Positions 30,735 to 42,602 of a DNA stretch of 64,000 nucleotides are shown here, piece after piece. Location of the stretch: assembly GCA_963748815.1 (NCBI GenBank), contig CAVVKJ010000009.1, positions 1 through 64,000 of the forward strand. Direction: 5' to 3'. The position numbers were made by a program, and so were the translations under genes. The notes beneath the pieces are model-generated. The model was not told the origin of the DNA and ran no database searches. It was given only the letters and a program-made list of their open reading frames with translations. This stretch comes from an uncultured Gemmatimonadales bacterium (GTDB taxonomy: Bacteria > Gemmatimonadota > Gemmatimonadetes > Gemmatimonadales > GWC2-71-9). Within the stretch, counting starts at the first letter, position 1; the number at the start of each line of letters is the position of its first letter.

Positions 30735-33155
30735 TCACTCGCTCCGGAGCGCGACGATCGGGTCGATCGCCGCCGCCCGTCTCGCCGGGAACCAGGCGGC
30801 GACCCAGGCCGTGCCGATGAGCACCGCCGCCGCCAGCCCGAGCAGCACCGGGTCGGTCGCCTTCACCTCGTAGAGCTGGCTCTGGAGCAGCCGGGACACG
30901 ACCAGGAAGATGACCATCCCGATCGCCGATCCGATGGCCGTGGCGCGCAGGGCGCCGCCGACCACGAGCCGGGTGACGGTGGCGGCGCGCGCACCGAGGA
31001 CCATGCGGATGCCGATTTCCTTCCGGCGGCGCGCCACCCCTTGCGCCACGACGCCGTAGATGCCCAGCGACGCGAGGAGGAGCGCCGCGGCCCCGAACAT
31101 CGCCACCAGCGAGGTGAAGAGCCGCGGCTGGGCCACCGACGACTCGAGTTGGGACGTCAGCGGACCGAGGTCGCTGATCGGCAGATCGGGGTCGAGTTCG
31201 CGCACCGCGGCCCGAACGGCGGCAACATAGTTCAGCGGGGAACCCGCGACGCGGACAAAGCCGCTGAAGGCGGAGCGGTGGAAGAGGGCCAGCGGCGCAT
31301 AGGCCACCGATTCGGCGGGGCGATCGAGGCTCTCGTGGCGCACGTCGGTGGCGACTCCCACGACGACCGCATCACTCCCCCCCATCCGGAAGCGCTCCCC
31401 GACGGCCGGCCGCCCCGGCCACACCTGCCGCGCCAGGCTGGCGCTGACCACAATGGGAATCAGTGCGTCCGAGGTATCCGCCGCAGTGAACTCCCGTCCT
31501 GCCAGCATCGGAATGGACAGCGCGTCGAAATACCCCGGGGTGACGATGTAGGTCCCCGCCGCCGGCGCGATCGTATCGACGACGCCTCCCTCCCGGGTCA
31601 CGCGAAGGTCGTACGGCTCTCCGCCGCCGGTGAGCGGCGCCCGCTTCCCGCCGCCGACGGCGAGCACGCCGGGTATCCCGGACAGCCGCTCGAGCAGCGC
31701 GCGCCGGAAGGTCTCCGGGTACCCGTTCTCCTCGTAGCGCCCGCCCTGGAGCACGAGGCGCAGCGACACGACCGACTCCGCCGAAAATCCGGGATCGACG
31801 TGCGTGAGCCTCCAGAGGCTGGAGAGGGTCAGCACCGTACCGCAAAGCAGGAGCACGGCGAACCCGCTTTCCGCCGCGAGGAGTCCGGCCGCCAGGCGGT
31901 GGCCGTCGCCGCCCGTCTGACCGCGGCCTTCGCGGAGCGTGGTCCCTGCGGTCGGCTCCGCGCTGCGCAGTGCCGGCATGATCCCGACAATCAGGAAGGT
32001 GGCCAGTCCGGCCAGGATGGCGTACCCGGCGACGGTCGGGTCGACCGCGATCTGCGTGGCGCGGGGCAGCGTCCCGGCGGCGACCGAGGTCAGGACCGGC
32101 GCGGCGAGCCACGCGAGCAGCAGCCCGGCGGCGGCGCCGGCCGCGGCCAGGATGGCGCTTTCGAGCAGCAGCTGCCCGACGAGCCGCGCCCGGGTGGCGC
32201 CAAGCGCCGCGCGGATGGCCAGTTCGCGGAACCGGCCCAGGCCGCGCGCGAGCACGAGGTGGGCGACGTTGACGGCCGCGATCAGCATCACCAGCGCCAC
32301 CGCCGCCATCAGCGCGACCAGCGGGGCGCGGACCCGGCCGAGGAGGTACTCCTCCACCGGGCGCAGCGCCGGCTTGTCCCAGTCGGTGTTGCTCTCCGGG
32401 TACTCGCGCGCCAGCCGCGCCAGCACCTCACCGAGCTGCGCCTCGGCGGCCGATGGGGTCACGCCCGGGGCCAGGCGGGCCACCGCGTTGAGCCAGCGAA
32501 TGGGGCGGAGGTGCGGGATTTCGCGATCGGTGAGCAGGGAGAGCGGCAGCCAGACCTCGGCCGCCGCCGAGGGAAAGGCAAAATCGGGCGGCATGACGCC
32601 CACGACCCGGAAGGGCTGGCCGTCGAGCTGGACCACGCGACCCACGACCTCGGGGTCGCCACCGAGCGCGCTCCGCCAGAACTGGTCGCTGAGCACCACG
32701 ACCTGGTTGGCGCCGACGACGTCGTCGGAGGCGTCGAAGGTCCGGCCTTGCACGGCCGAGACGCCGAGGGTTTCGAACAGATGACCATCGGCCATGACCG
32801 CCGAGACATTCAGCGGCTCGCCGAGGCCCGTGAGGTTGCGGGTGCCGAGTCCCGGGGTGTAGAAGTAGGCCGTGATCGCACTGAACTTGTCGGCGGCCGC
32901 GCGGACATCCTCGAAATCCTGGGGCGAGAATCCGCCGAAGACGGCGCCGCGTCCCGGCCGCGTGTGTCCCACCTGGACCAGCTCGTCGGGGCGCTCGAAG
33001 GGGAGCTCGCGGAGCAGGACCGCCCGCACCACGGTGAAGATGGCGGTGCTGGCGCCGATGCCGAGGGCCAGCGTCGCGAGCGCGACGAGGGTGAAGCCCG
33101 GCGTGCGTGCCAGCCCGCGGACCGCGAGTCGCGCCCCGGCCAGGAGACTACTCAC
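30735..33155 (-). CDS. ADOP-like ABC permease
   Basis: GTG start (VSSLLAG) overlapping the upstream stop; TLALGIGASTAIF, KEIGIRMVLGA, DPIVALRSE. Confidence 0.9.
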   Translation of the reverse strand: MSSLLAGARLAVRGLARTPGFTLVALATLALGIGASTAIFTVVRAVLLRELPFERPDELVQVGHTRPGRGAVFGGFSPQDFEDVRAAADKFSAITAYFYTPGLGTRNLTGLGEPLNVSAVMADGHLFETLGVSAVQGRTFDASDDVVGANQVVVLSDQFWRSALGGDPEVVGRVVQLDGQPFRVVGVMPPDFAFPSAAAEVWLPLSLLTDREIPHLRPIRWLNAVARLAPGVTPSAAEAQLGEVLARLAREYPESNTDWDKPALRPVEEYLLGRVRAPLVALMAAVALVMLIAAVNVAHLVLARGLGRFRELAIRAALGATRARLVGQLLLESAILAAAGAAAGLLLAWLAAPVLTSVAAGTLPRATQIAVDPTVAGYAILAGLATFLIVGIMPALRSAEPTAGTTLREGRGQTGGDGHRLAAGLLAAESGFAVLLLCGTVLTLSSLWRLTHVDPGFSAESVVSLRLVLQGGRYEENGYPETFRRALLERLSGIPGVLAVGGGKRAPLTGGGEPYDLRVTREGGVVDTIAPAAGTYIVTPGYFDALSIPMLAGREFTAADTSDALIPIVVSASLARQVWPGRPAVGERFRMGGSDAVVVGVATDVRHESLDRPAESVAYAPLALFHRSAFSGFVRVAGSPLNYVAAVRAAVRELDPDLPISDLGPLTSQLESSVAQPRLFTSLVAMFGAAALLLASLGIYGVVAQGVARRRKEIGIRMVLGARAATVTRLVVGGALRATAIGSAIGMVIFLVVSRLLQSQLYEVKATDPVLLGLAAAVLIGTAWVAAWFPARRAAAIDPIVALRSE

Positions 33156-35620
33156 CGCGCAGCGCCTCGACCGGATCCAGCGTCGTGGCGCGGCGGGCCG
33201 GCACCCAGCTCGCCAGCAGCGTGACGGCGAGCAGCAGGAGCGGGATCGCGACAAAGGTGAGTGGGTCCTGCGCGGACACGTTGAAGAGGAGCCGGTCCGT
33301 GGCGCCCACGGCCGCCTGGCTGTCCAGCGCCTTGAGCAGGTTGGTGAGGGCCACCGCCGCCACCAGCCCGAAGCCGATGCCCACCAGCGCGAGGCGCATC
33401 CCCTGCCCCATCACCATCCGCTGGACTTCGCCGGGGGTGGCGCCGAGGGCCAGCCGGACGCCGAGCTCCTTGGTGCGTTGCGCCACGGTGAAGGCCATGA
33501 CGCCGTACAGGCCGATGGCGGCGAGCGCCGCTGCCAGGAGCGAGAAGACGGTGAGCAGCACCATGGAGAAGCGCCGCGGGCCGGTGCTCGTCGAGACCAG
33601 CGCATCCATGGCATCGATGTTGGCGATGGCCACATCCGGGTCGACCGACTTGAGCGCTTCGCGCACCGCACCCACCGCCGCAAGTGGCTCGGCCGTGGTG
33701 CGCACGGCGTACGCCATGAAGTTGTTGCCCGCCTGCGCCAGGGGGAGGTAGTACTGGATCCGCTTCTCGGCGTCGAGGCCTTCGTGCATGGTGTGCCCGA
33801 CCACGCCGACCACGGTGATCCAGGTGATGGCCGAGTCGGTGAACTCGTTGAAGGTGATCCGCTTGCCGATCGGGTCGGTGTCGGGCCAGTAGGTCTTGAC
33901 GAGCTCCTCGTCGACGATGGCCACGATGGGCGCCCCCTCCACGTCCTGCGCGGTGAAGAAGCGGCCCTTGAGGAGCGGCGCGCCGATCGTGCGCAGGTAG
34001 TCGGGCGTCACGATCCGGATGTCGCCCCACGGCATGTTCCCCTTGGGGGGCACGACGTACCCCTCGACGTTGAACGACGAGGTGCTCCAGTTGTTGGTGA
34101 ACGGAAGCACGGAGGTGGCGCCGGCGGAGATCACCCCCGGCTGCGCGGCGATCGCCTCCGTGGCGCGGTCGAAGAACGCCACGCGCGCGGTGTCGTTCGG
34201 GTACTTCGCGTTCGGCAGCGCCATGTTGAAGGTCAGGAGGTGGTCCTGGCGGAAGCCGGGGTCCACCTGGAGCAGCTGCGAGAAGGACCGGGTGAGGAGC
34301 CCGGCGCCGACCAGCAGTGTCAGCGCAAGCGCGACCGTGGCGACAACCAGGCCGCGCCGGAGGGTCAGCCCCCCGCGATCCCCCGCCGCGCCTCGGCCCC
34401 CCTCCTTCAGCGATTCCTGGAGCGAGGTGCGCGACACCCGCAGGGCGGGCGCGAGGCCGAAGACGAGGCCCGTCAGCAGCGACAGGCCCAGGGTGAAGGC
34501 CAGCACGCTCGCCGTCGATGCCGATGGCCGACGCGGGCGGCAGGTTGCTCTCGTTCAGCGACATCAGCGCGGGCACGCCCCAGAGCGCGAGCAGGATGCC
34601 GAGCACCCCGCCCGCCAGCGCGAGCACCATGCTTTCCGCCAGCAGCTGACGGAGGAGGTCCCTCGGCGAGGCGCCGAGCGCGACGCGCACCGCGATCTCG
34701 CGCGAGCGCGAGGCAGCGCGGGCGAGCTGCAGATTGGCCACGTTGGCGCAGGCGATAAGCAGCACGAGGACCACCGCCCCGAGCAGCACGAACATCGCGC
34801 GCCGCATGCCCGCGGAGGTGACCTGGTCGCTGAGCGGCGAGAGTTTCAGGCCCCAGTCGTCCGAGACCTGGTCGGGCCGATCGGCCTTGATGCGCGCCGC
34901 CAGGGCGTGCATCTCCGCCTCCGCCGTCTCGAACGACACGCCGTCCTTGAGCCGCGCCGTCACACCCAGGAATTCGTTGCCCCACGAACTCGCCAGCTGC
35001 CGCGGCGTGAACGCGATCGGCGTCCAGAGATCGATGGTGCGGTTGAGCATCGACGTGAACGACGGCGGCATCACCCCGACGATCTCGTAGCTCTCGCCGT
35101 TGAGGAGCATCTGCTGTCCGACGATGCCCGGATCGGCGCCGTAGGAATTGCGCCAGAAGGCGTCGCTGAGCACGACGACATGGTCGCTCCCCGCGACCGA
35201 CTCGTCGGCGCGGAGCGCCCGGCCGAGCGCGGGTTGCACCCCGTAGGTGGTGAAGTACTCGCCGGCCACGCGCTGGGCCTGGAGGCGGCTGGCGTCGCCG
35301 TGCCCGGTCAGCGTCGGCCCCCAGCCGGTGAAGGCCGTCATGGCGCTGAACGCCTGGTCCTGCTTCTCGTACTCCAGGAATCCGGGGACCGACACCCCAG
35401 CCATCAGGTTCGCCAGGGAGGGATAGAAGTGGTTCACCACCACCAGCCGGTCGGGCTGCGCGTACGGCAGCGGGCGCAACACCACAGCGTTGATGACCGA
35501 GAAGATGGCGGTGTTGGCGCCGATCCCCAGCCCCAGCGTCAGGATGGCGACGAAGGCGTACCCGGGACTGCGCCGGAGGGTGCGAACGGCGTAGCGCAGC
35601 GTGTTGCTCAGCGGGGCCAT
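33148..35620 (-). CDS. ADOP-like ABC permease (frameshift ~34510)
   Basis: ORF 33152..35620 N-half plus ORF 33148..34506 C-half; LIACANVANL, QRTKELGVRLALGA, DPVEALRGE. Confidence 0.88.
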
Positions 35621-35633
35621 GCGATGCTCCTCT

Positions 35634-36347
<714 letters not shown>

Positions 36348-36408
36348 GGCAAGAACTCCGGAGAGAGGCAAAGAGGCGACACGTCAGTAGTTGGGCAGAA
36401 CCCGCGGG

Positions 36409-37650
36409 CTATTTGATGCGCACCCGGTCGACGGAGCCGAACCGGGTCATGTCGGACAGGATGACGAGATCGCCGGCGTCCAGGCCCGCGACGATCTCGA
36501 CGGCGTTGGCGGAGGTGCGCCCCAGCGTGACCTGCACCCGCACGGCCTCGTCGCCGTCGGGGGAGAGACGGAAGAGGCCGATGGTGCTGTTGGCCTGGCC
36601 ATAGGTCGGGCGCCCGACGTGCAGCACCTGGCCGAGCCGCTCGATCTCGATGGTGCCGTCGACGCTCAGGTCGGGCCGGGCGCCCTTCGGCAGCGAATCG
36701 GTGAGCGCCACGTCGACCGTCACCATGCCGCCGGACGAGGACGGATCGATCCGCGAGACACGCCCGCGCACCAGGCCGTTGCGGGTGTCGATGACGGCGG
36801 ACTGGCCGAGGGCCACGTCCCGCGCCTGGTTTTCCTGCACCCGGAGGACGGCCTTGAGCCGGTCGGGCTGGACCACCTTGGCGATGGTCGTGCCGCTGGT
36901 GGCGAACTGGCCCACCTCGAGCGGGAGTTCCTGCAGCACGCCATTCGCGCCGGCGCGCACGGTCATGGCCCCGGCCAGGGAGCGCTGGAATTGCACGACC
37001 GCCTTGAGGCGCTGCACCTGTTCGCGCTGGACGGCGAGCTGGGCGGGAATGTTGTCGGTGATGAGTTTGAGGCGCTGTTCCTCGATGCCGAGCCGCTCGG
37101 TCATTTCCGTGGCGTGCTCCTTCGCCTTCTTCGCCTCGAACACCGAGATCAGCTGCTGGTCCACCATCGCGTTGGCCGCATCGGCGTTCCGCTTCGCCTC
37201 GAGGTATGCCGACCGCGTCTGGGCGACGACACCGGCCTGGGTCAGGCGCTGGGTCTCGAGGCTGACCTGCAACGCGACCAGCTGGGCCTGCGCGTCGGTG
37301 AGCTGGCGCTCGGCCTGCAGCAGCTGAATTTCGACGTCCGGATTGACCAGCTCCATCAGGATGGTGGATGCGGTGACCTTTTCGCCGGGCTGGACCAGTT
37401 TCTTCTCCACGCGGCCCGGGGCGATGGCCGAAATCCACCGGATCTGCTCCGGCACCAGGGAGCCGGGGGCCCGGACCTCACGCACCATGGGACCCGACAC
37501 GACGGAATCGATCGACAGGGTGGGTCGCTCGACGCTCGGCGCCGCCGGCTTCAACCGGCCAACGCCGACGAGGACCACGACGACCACCACTCCGATACCG
37601 ATGTAGAGGGGGCGGCGCTTGTTCGGCGGCTTGACGCGAGCAACGTCCAC
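36409..37650 (-). CDS. Efflux periplasmic adaptor (membrane fusion protein, MacA/HlyD-like)
   Basis: N-terminal TM, PGRVEKKLVQPGEKV lipoyl-like segment, coiled coil, ARPDLSVDG, GLDAGDLVI. Confidence 0.9.
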   Translation of the reverse strand: MDVARVKPPNKRRPLYIGIGVVVVVVLVGVGRLKPAAPSVERPTLSIDSVVSGPMVREVRAPGSLVPEQIRWISAIAPGRVEKKLVQPGEKVTASTILMELVNPDVEIQLLQAERQLTDAQAQLVALQVSLETQRLTQAGVVAQTRSAYLEAKRNADAANAMVDQQLISVFEAKKAKEHATEMTERLGIEEQRLKLITDNIPAQLAVQREQVQRLKAVVQFQRSLAGAMTVRAGANGVLQELPLEVGQFATSGTTIAKVVQPDRLKAVLRVQENQARDVALGQSAVIDTRNGLVRGRVSRIDPSSSGGMVTVDVALTDSLPKGARPDLSVDGTIEIERLGQVLHVGRPTYGQANSTIGLFRLSPDGDEAVRVQVTLGRTSANAVEIVAGLDAGDLVILSDMTRFGSVDRVRIK

Positions 37651-37710
37651 AGATTGTCCTGTTCAGAAAAGTCCGGAGCGCGGCCGTACGGGACGAGTCT
37701 CCCCAGCAAG

Positions 37711-37833
37711 GGAAGAAGCGTGCCGATTCTCCTCCCAGAACCTGAATTCCAACTCTTGCAGTAGCAATGATTTACGCCGGGCAATCCTCCGCGAGTTTCC
37801 GCGGAGTGTCCGGTTTTGGGATTCCTGGTCCCG
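37711..37833 (-). promoter_or_regulatory. Sigma54-type promoter plus putative upstream activator site
   Basis: Minus strand CGGCACGCTTCTTCC (37711-37725); plus strand TGTCCGGTTTTGGGATT-N4-GTCCCG (37807-37833); duplicated at 40340-40464. Confidence 0.7.
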
Positions 37834-37856
37834 ACAGCGACCAGCCAGCTGGGGCG

Positions 37857-40280
37857 CTACTCCCCGCGCAGCGCCTCGACGGGGTCGACCCGCGACGCCC
37901 GACGAGCCGGGAGGTAGCACGCCAGCAGGCCCACGCCCAGCAGCACGGCGGTCATGCCGGCGAAGGTGACGAGGTCGAAGGCCGCCACGCCGTAGAGGAG
38001 GCTGCCCAGGGCGCGCGTGGTGGCGAGCGCGACGGCGAGTCCGATGGCGATCCCGACCGCCACGACGCGCGTCCCCTGCAGGACCACCATCCGACGGACC
38101 TCCCCGGCCGCGGCGCCAAGCGCCATGCGCACTCCGATTTCACGCGTGCGCTGCCCGACGACGTACGACAGGACGCCGTAGAGTCCGACGCTCCCCAGGA
38201 TGAGGGCGAGCGTCGACGCGATCCCGAGCGTCAGCATCAGGAAGGAGAGCTGGGCCATCGAGTCCCGGGCCAGGCCCGCCATGGTGTAGACCCGGTACAT
38301 CGGCGCTTCCGGCGCCACCTCCCGGGCCAGCGCGCGGACGTCCGGCGCGATGAATTCGGCGCGGGTCGTCTTGAGGACGTAGGCCGGCGACGACATGGCC
38401 CAGCTGGTCGGGGTGGGGCCGACGAGCGGGAGGTACACGACCGGCTCCGGCGGATCGCGAAAATTGTCCTGGAGAACATCCTCGACCACGCCAATGACGG
38501 TGAATCCCTCCGGGCTGGACTCCGACGTGAGACGCCGCCCGATCGGGTCGGTATCCGGCCAGACGAGCCTGGCGGCGGACTCGCTGAGGATGACCTGGCC
38601 CACTCCCGAGAGTTGATCCTCGTTCGTGAAGACCCGCCCGCGCAGCACGGCGATGTCCATCGTCGTGAAGTAGTCGCCGGCCGTCCAGGTGAAGTTCAGC
38701 AGCGGCAGGACATCCGCGTCAGCGCCCTCCGGATGGAACGCCTGCGAGCGGGTGCCCTCGTTCAGGGGGACATTCTCGATCAGCCCGACCGATTCGACCC
38801 CGGGAAGCGCCCGGAGCCGGTCCATGAAGGCGAGATCGAAGCGCGCGAAGGACGGCCCGTCGTTCAGCGTTTCCCGTTCGGGCGCGATCTGGAAGGTGAA
38901 GACATCGCGGGTGTCGTACCCCGGATCGACATGCGAGAGCTTGTCGAAGCTCCGGACCAGGAGTCCCGACCCGATGAGCAGCGCCAACGCCAGCGCCGTC
39001 TGCACCACGACGAGGCCGTCCCGGGCCCAGTTGCGCTGCCGCGTGGCGCCGCGGCCGCCTTCGCGGAGCCGCAGCATGCTCGGCTCCGAGACACGGATCG
39101 CCGGGACCAGCCCGCACGCCAGCGCCGAGACCAGCGCGGCGACCAGCGTGAAGAGCAGCGCCGGGAGTCCGAGGGCGACCGTACCGATCCGCGGGATGTC
39201 CTCCGGCGCGGCGCCCACGAACAGCGGCAGCGCCCAGCTCGCCAGCACCACCGCCACGCCGCCGGCGCAGAGGGCCACCACCACCGCCTCGGCCATCTGG
39301 AGCCGGATCAGTGGCCAGCGGCCCGCGCCGATGGCCCGCCGGACCGCGAGTTCCTGATGCCGCACGTCGGCGCGAACCACGAAGAGGTTGGCGACGTTGG
39401 CGCAGGCGATGAGCAGCACGATGGCCACGGCGCCGAGGAGCACCCAGAGCGGCTGGGCCACGCTGCCGAGCATCTGCTCTTCCAGCGGGCGCACGACGGC
39501 CTGGTATTGCTCCATCAGCCGGGCGTACTGCGGAGGGCCTCCGAACCGTTCCGGCAGGCGACGCGCCAGTGCCGTCAGTTCGCTGGCGAGTGCCTCAGCC
39601 GTGACGCCGGGTTTCATCCGTGCCACCATCGGAACGCCGAAGCGCCCGGGGGTGATGCCGTCGAGACGAACCGTGGCGGGGTACCAGAGCTGGGTGTCGT
39701 CGACCGGAAATCCGAACTCCGATCCCATGACGCCGATGACGGTACGGCTCTCTCCGGAGACCTCGAGGGCTCGGCCCAGGACCGCCGAGTCGCCACCGAA
39801 CCAGCTCTGCCAGAGCCCGTAGCTGAGGACCACGACCCCCGCTTCGTCTTCGGGCAGCGGGAGGCGGCCAAGGATCGGGGTGGCATCGAGCACCGAGAAG
39901 AGGGAGGGGGTCGCCTGCGACATCCGGATCCGCTCCACCCGGTCCGCGGTGCGCAAGGTCGAGGTGAACGACCCGTAGATGGCCACGTCCTGCAGCAGCT
40001 GGGACTGTTCCAGGTACTGCGGGTAGAACTCGAGTGAGACGCCGAACTCGTCCGGCATGTCGGAGCCGGGCGCTGTGCTGGCAATGGAGACGACGCGATC
40101 GACGTCGCCGTATGGAAGGGGATGGAGCAGCACGGCGTCCACGACGCTGAACATGCCGACGTTGGCACCGATCGCGAGCCCGAGGGTGCCAATCGTCACG
40201 AGGGCAAATCCGGGGGCCCGACGGAGCGCGCGCATGGCGTGGCGCAGGTCGGTGAGCCAATCGGTGAGGGTCGGTCGCAT
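37857..40280 (-). CDS. ADOP-like ABC permease
   Basis: Start MRPTLTDW; TLGLAIGAN, LIACANVANL, QRTREIGVRMALGA, DPVEALRGE. Confidence 0.9.
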   Translation of the reverse strand: MRPTLTDWLTDLRHAMRALRRAPGFALVTIGTLGLAIGANVGMFSVVDAVLLHPLPYGDVDRVVSIASTAPGSDMPDEFGVSLEFYPQYLEQSQLLQDVAIYGSFTSTLRTADRVERIRMSQATPSLFSVLDATPILGRLPLPEDEAGVVVLSYGLWQSWFGGDSAVLGRALEVSGESRTVIGVMGSEFGFPVDDTQLWYPATVRLDGITPGRFGVPMVARMKPGVTAEALASELTALARRLPERFGGPPQYARLMEQYQAVVRPLEEQMLGSVAQPLWVLLGAVAIVLLIACANVANLFVVRADVRHQELAVRRAIGAGRWPLIRLQMAEAVVVALCAGGVAVVLASWALPLFVGAAPEDIPRIGTVALGLPALLFTLVAALVSALACGLVPAIRVSEPSMLRLREGGRGATRQRNWARDGLVVVQTALALALLIGSGLLVRSFDKLSHVDPGYDTRDVFTFQIAPERETLNDGPSFARFDLAFMDRLRALPGVESVGLIENVPLNEGTRSQAFHPEGADADVLPLLNFTWTAGDYFTTMDIAVLRGRVFTNEDQLSGVGQVILSESAARLVWPDTDPIGRRLTSESSPEGFTVIGVVEDVLQDNFRDPPEPVVYLPLVGPTPTSWAMSSPAYVLKTTRAEFIAPDVRALAREVAPEAPMYRVYTMAGLARDSMAQLSFLMLTLGIASTLALILGSVGLYGVLSYVVGQRTREIGVRMALGAAAGEVRRMVVLQGTRVVAVGIAIGLAVALATTRALGSLLYGVAAFDLVTFAGMTAVLLGVGLLACYLPARRASRVDPVEALRGE

Positions 40281-40339
40281 GTCGAGGCCTTCGGTGGGAG
40301 TCGCGGGGCGCGCCAGGCGGCGAATGGCGGCTCCCATTG

Positions 40340-40464
40340 GAAAGAAGCGTGCCGCCGCAACACCTCCTCGCCACGCCGACAAGGCCGTGCGGCAACACGG
40401 CATACGGCCGCGCTGCCAACCGCCATGTACGACCGATTGTCCGGTTTTGGGATTGCCCGTCCCG
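40340..40464 (-). promoter_or_regulatory. Sigma54-type promoter plus putative upstream activator site
   Basis: Minus strand CGGCACGCTTCTTTC (40340-40354); plus strand TGTCCGGTTTTGGGATT-N4-GTCCCG (40438-40464). Confidence 0.7.
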
Positions 40465-40512
40465 CGACCGGGCAGTGCCCGGCACGGGGAGTGACGTCTC
40501 AATAGACTGCGG

Positions 40513-41241
40513 TCAGCTGGAAATGGTTGCCGGCGAATTCGAGGGTCGGTCAGCGCCCCGCCGCCTCCGCCACACCAGGAGCAGCACCAGCCCGGTCGCC
40601 GCCACCACGATCAGCATCAGCGCCAGCCGCCGCTGCAGGAAGGCGTCGCTGAGCATCACGGCGCCGAGACCGTAGGGCAGCTCGGCGAGGAGGAGCGCGG
40701 GGAAGTAGATGCGGGCCGGATACTTCACCAGCCCGAAGAAGTAGCCCCCGATGTCGGACGGGACCGACACCGAGACCAGCAGCGCCGGGAGGAAGCGCCC
40801 GCCGGACGGAATCCGCCCCTCGTATCGGGAGATGAGCGCGTCGGGAAGCAGCCGGCGGACCACCGGCCGGCCCAGGAACCGGCCGATCGAATAGGTGACC
40901 ACCCCGCCGATGAACCAGCCGGTCAGGAGGAGCGCGAAGCACCACCACGGCCCCCACGCCTGGACCCCGATCGGCACCAGCAGCCAGCTCGACACGAAGA
41001 TCAGGATGGCGCCCAGGGCGGACAGCCCCGTGAAGACCACCGCCCCCCAGACCGGGTGCGCCGCGATGACCGGCTCGGCCAGCGCAATCCACTCGACCAC
41101 CTGCTGGTGCAGCCCCGTCGACGACGCCACCAGCGCCGCCGTCGCCACGGCCAGCATCAACAGCGCCAGGCGCCGCCGCCGCTCCTGCCCGACCGTGCGC
41201 CCCGGCTCCGTGGCGCTCGCTGCCCGCAGTGTTTCGCTCAT
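40513..41241 (-). CDS. TVP38/TMEM64 (VTT/DedA superfamily) membrane protein
   Basis: Multiple TM segments; GGVVTYSIGRFLGR and PSDIGGYFFGL patterns. Confidence 0.75.
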   Translation of the reverse strand: MSETLRAASATEPGRTVGQERRRRLALLMLAVATAALVASSTGLHQQVVEWIALAEPVIAAHPVWGAVVFTGLSALGAILIFVSSWLLVPIGVQAWGPWWCFALLLTGWFIGGVVTYSIGRFLGRPVVRRLLPDALISRYEGRIPSGGRFLPALLVSVSVPSDIGGYFFGLVKYPARIYFPALLLAELPYGLGAVMLSDAFLQRRLALMLIVVAATGLVLLLVWRRRRGADRPSNSPATISS

Positions 41242-41367
41242 TCCTAAATCTACCTCTGAACCACCCTTCACCCGCACGTCACGGACGGTTCAGCGCCCGG
41301 CCCCTAGCATAGAGGCAACCGGCGCGCCCCCCCGACTGGCCGCGCTCCCGACTCCCAGGAGGCCCCT

Positions 41368-41997
41368 GTGCCCACGCTGCTCCAGATCGTCGCCACCCCG
41401 CACCAGAACGGGAACTCGCAGACCCGGCAGCTGGCCACCGCGTTCCTCCAGGGCTGGGAAACGGTGCACCCGACCGATGCGGTCGAGACCCTCGACCTCG
41501 CACAACTCGACCTTCCGCCGCTCGATGAAGCGATGGTCGCCGTTCTCTTCGACCGACCCTCGGGGTTCGCCGGCGAGATGCTGGCCCAGCGCCGTCGCGC
41601 GCTCGACCGGCTCGTGGCCCAGTTCGTCGCGGCCGATGCCTACCTCTTCGTGACCCCGATGTGGAACTTCGGCCTCCCCTACGAGCTGAAGCACTACTTC
41701 GACCTGGTCATCCGGCCCGGCTGGACCTTCTCCCTCGGCCCGCAAGGGGCGACCGGCCTCCTCGGCGGGCGTCCCGCCTACGCCGTGATTACCCGCGGCT
41801 TCGACTACAGCCCCGAATCGGGGAAGGCGCAGTACAACCATCTCGAGCCCCACCTCCGGACGCTGCTCGGCTTCATGGGAATCGAGGACCTGTCGGTCGT
41901 CGCGGCGGAAGGGATGATGCTCCCCGGCGCGGACGACCGGATGGACGCGGCGCTGAAGGCCGCCACGGCGATGGGGCTGGGATTGGTCACGGCCTGA
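41368..41997 (+). CDS. azoR: FMN-dependent NADH-azoreductase
   Basis: TPMWNFGLPYELKHYFDLV, ITRGFDY, LRTLLGFMGI. Confidence 0.85.
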   Translation: MPTLLQIVATPHQNGNSQTRQLATAFLQGWETVHPTDAVETLDLAQLDLPPLDEAMVAVLFDRPSGFAGEMLAQRRRALDRLVAQFVAADAYLFVTPMWNFGLPYELKHYFDLVIRPGWTFSLGPQGATGLLGGRPAYAVITRGFDYSPESGKAQYNHLEPHLRTLLGFMGIEDLSVVAAEGMMLPGADDRMDAALKAATAMGLGLVTA

Positions 41998-42022
41998 CGG
42001 CAGCGCGGCCGACGGAATCGTG

Positions 42023-42601
42023 CTACTCGTCCTTCGGCAGCGCCAGGTGGACCCGCTCGACAAACCGGTGAAACTCCGTCATGAACTTCCGGAGGAATGC
42101 CTCGGTGGACTCCCGGGTGACCTCGCCCTCGTCGGTGATGAGCCCCGGGGTCATCTGGATGTACGCCTCCGGCGAGTTCATCTGCGGCGAGTTCAGGTGC
42201 GCCAGCACGCCGCGCAGGTGCTGCTGCGCAATCGCGGTGCCGATGGCGCCCGTCGACGCCCCGATGGTCGCGGAGGGTTTGCGGGCGAAGGAGTTCGTGC
42301 GCGAGGGCCGGCTGGCCCAGTCGATCGCGTTCTTCAGGCAGCCCGGCACGGACCGGTTGTACTCCGGGGTGACCAGCAGGACGGCGTCCGCGGCCTCGAG
42401 GGACTCCTTCAGCGCCGTTCCCGCCGGCGGATAGTCGGAATCGTAGTCGTAGCTGTAGAGCGGCAGGTCCCCGATGGGGATCTCGAACATCTGGAGCGCC
42501 GGCGGCGCCAGGCGCACCAGCGCCCTGGCGAGCACGCGGTTGATCGACGCGCTCGCCAGGCTGCCGATGATATACCCAACCTTGAACGTTCGTCCCGCCA
42601 C
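42023..42601 (-). CDS. NADPH-dependent FMN reductase (ChrR/YieF-like)
   Basis: IGSLASASIN, TPEYNRSVPGCLKNAIDWASRP, GTAIAQQHLR. Confidence 0.9.
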   Translation of the reverse strand: MAGRTFKVGYIIGSLASASINRVLARALVRLAPPALQMFEIPIGDLPLYSYDYDSDYPPAGTALKESLEAADAVLLVTPEYNRSVPGCLKNAIDWASRPSRTNSFARKPSATIGASTGAIGTAIAQQHLRGVLAHLNSPQMNSPEAYIQMTPGLITDEGEVTRESTEAFLRKFMTEFHRFVERVHLALPKDE

Positions 42602-42602
42602 G

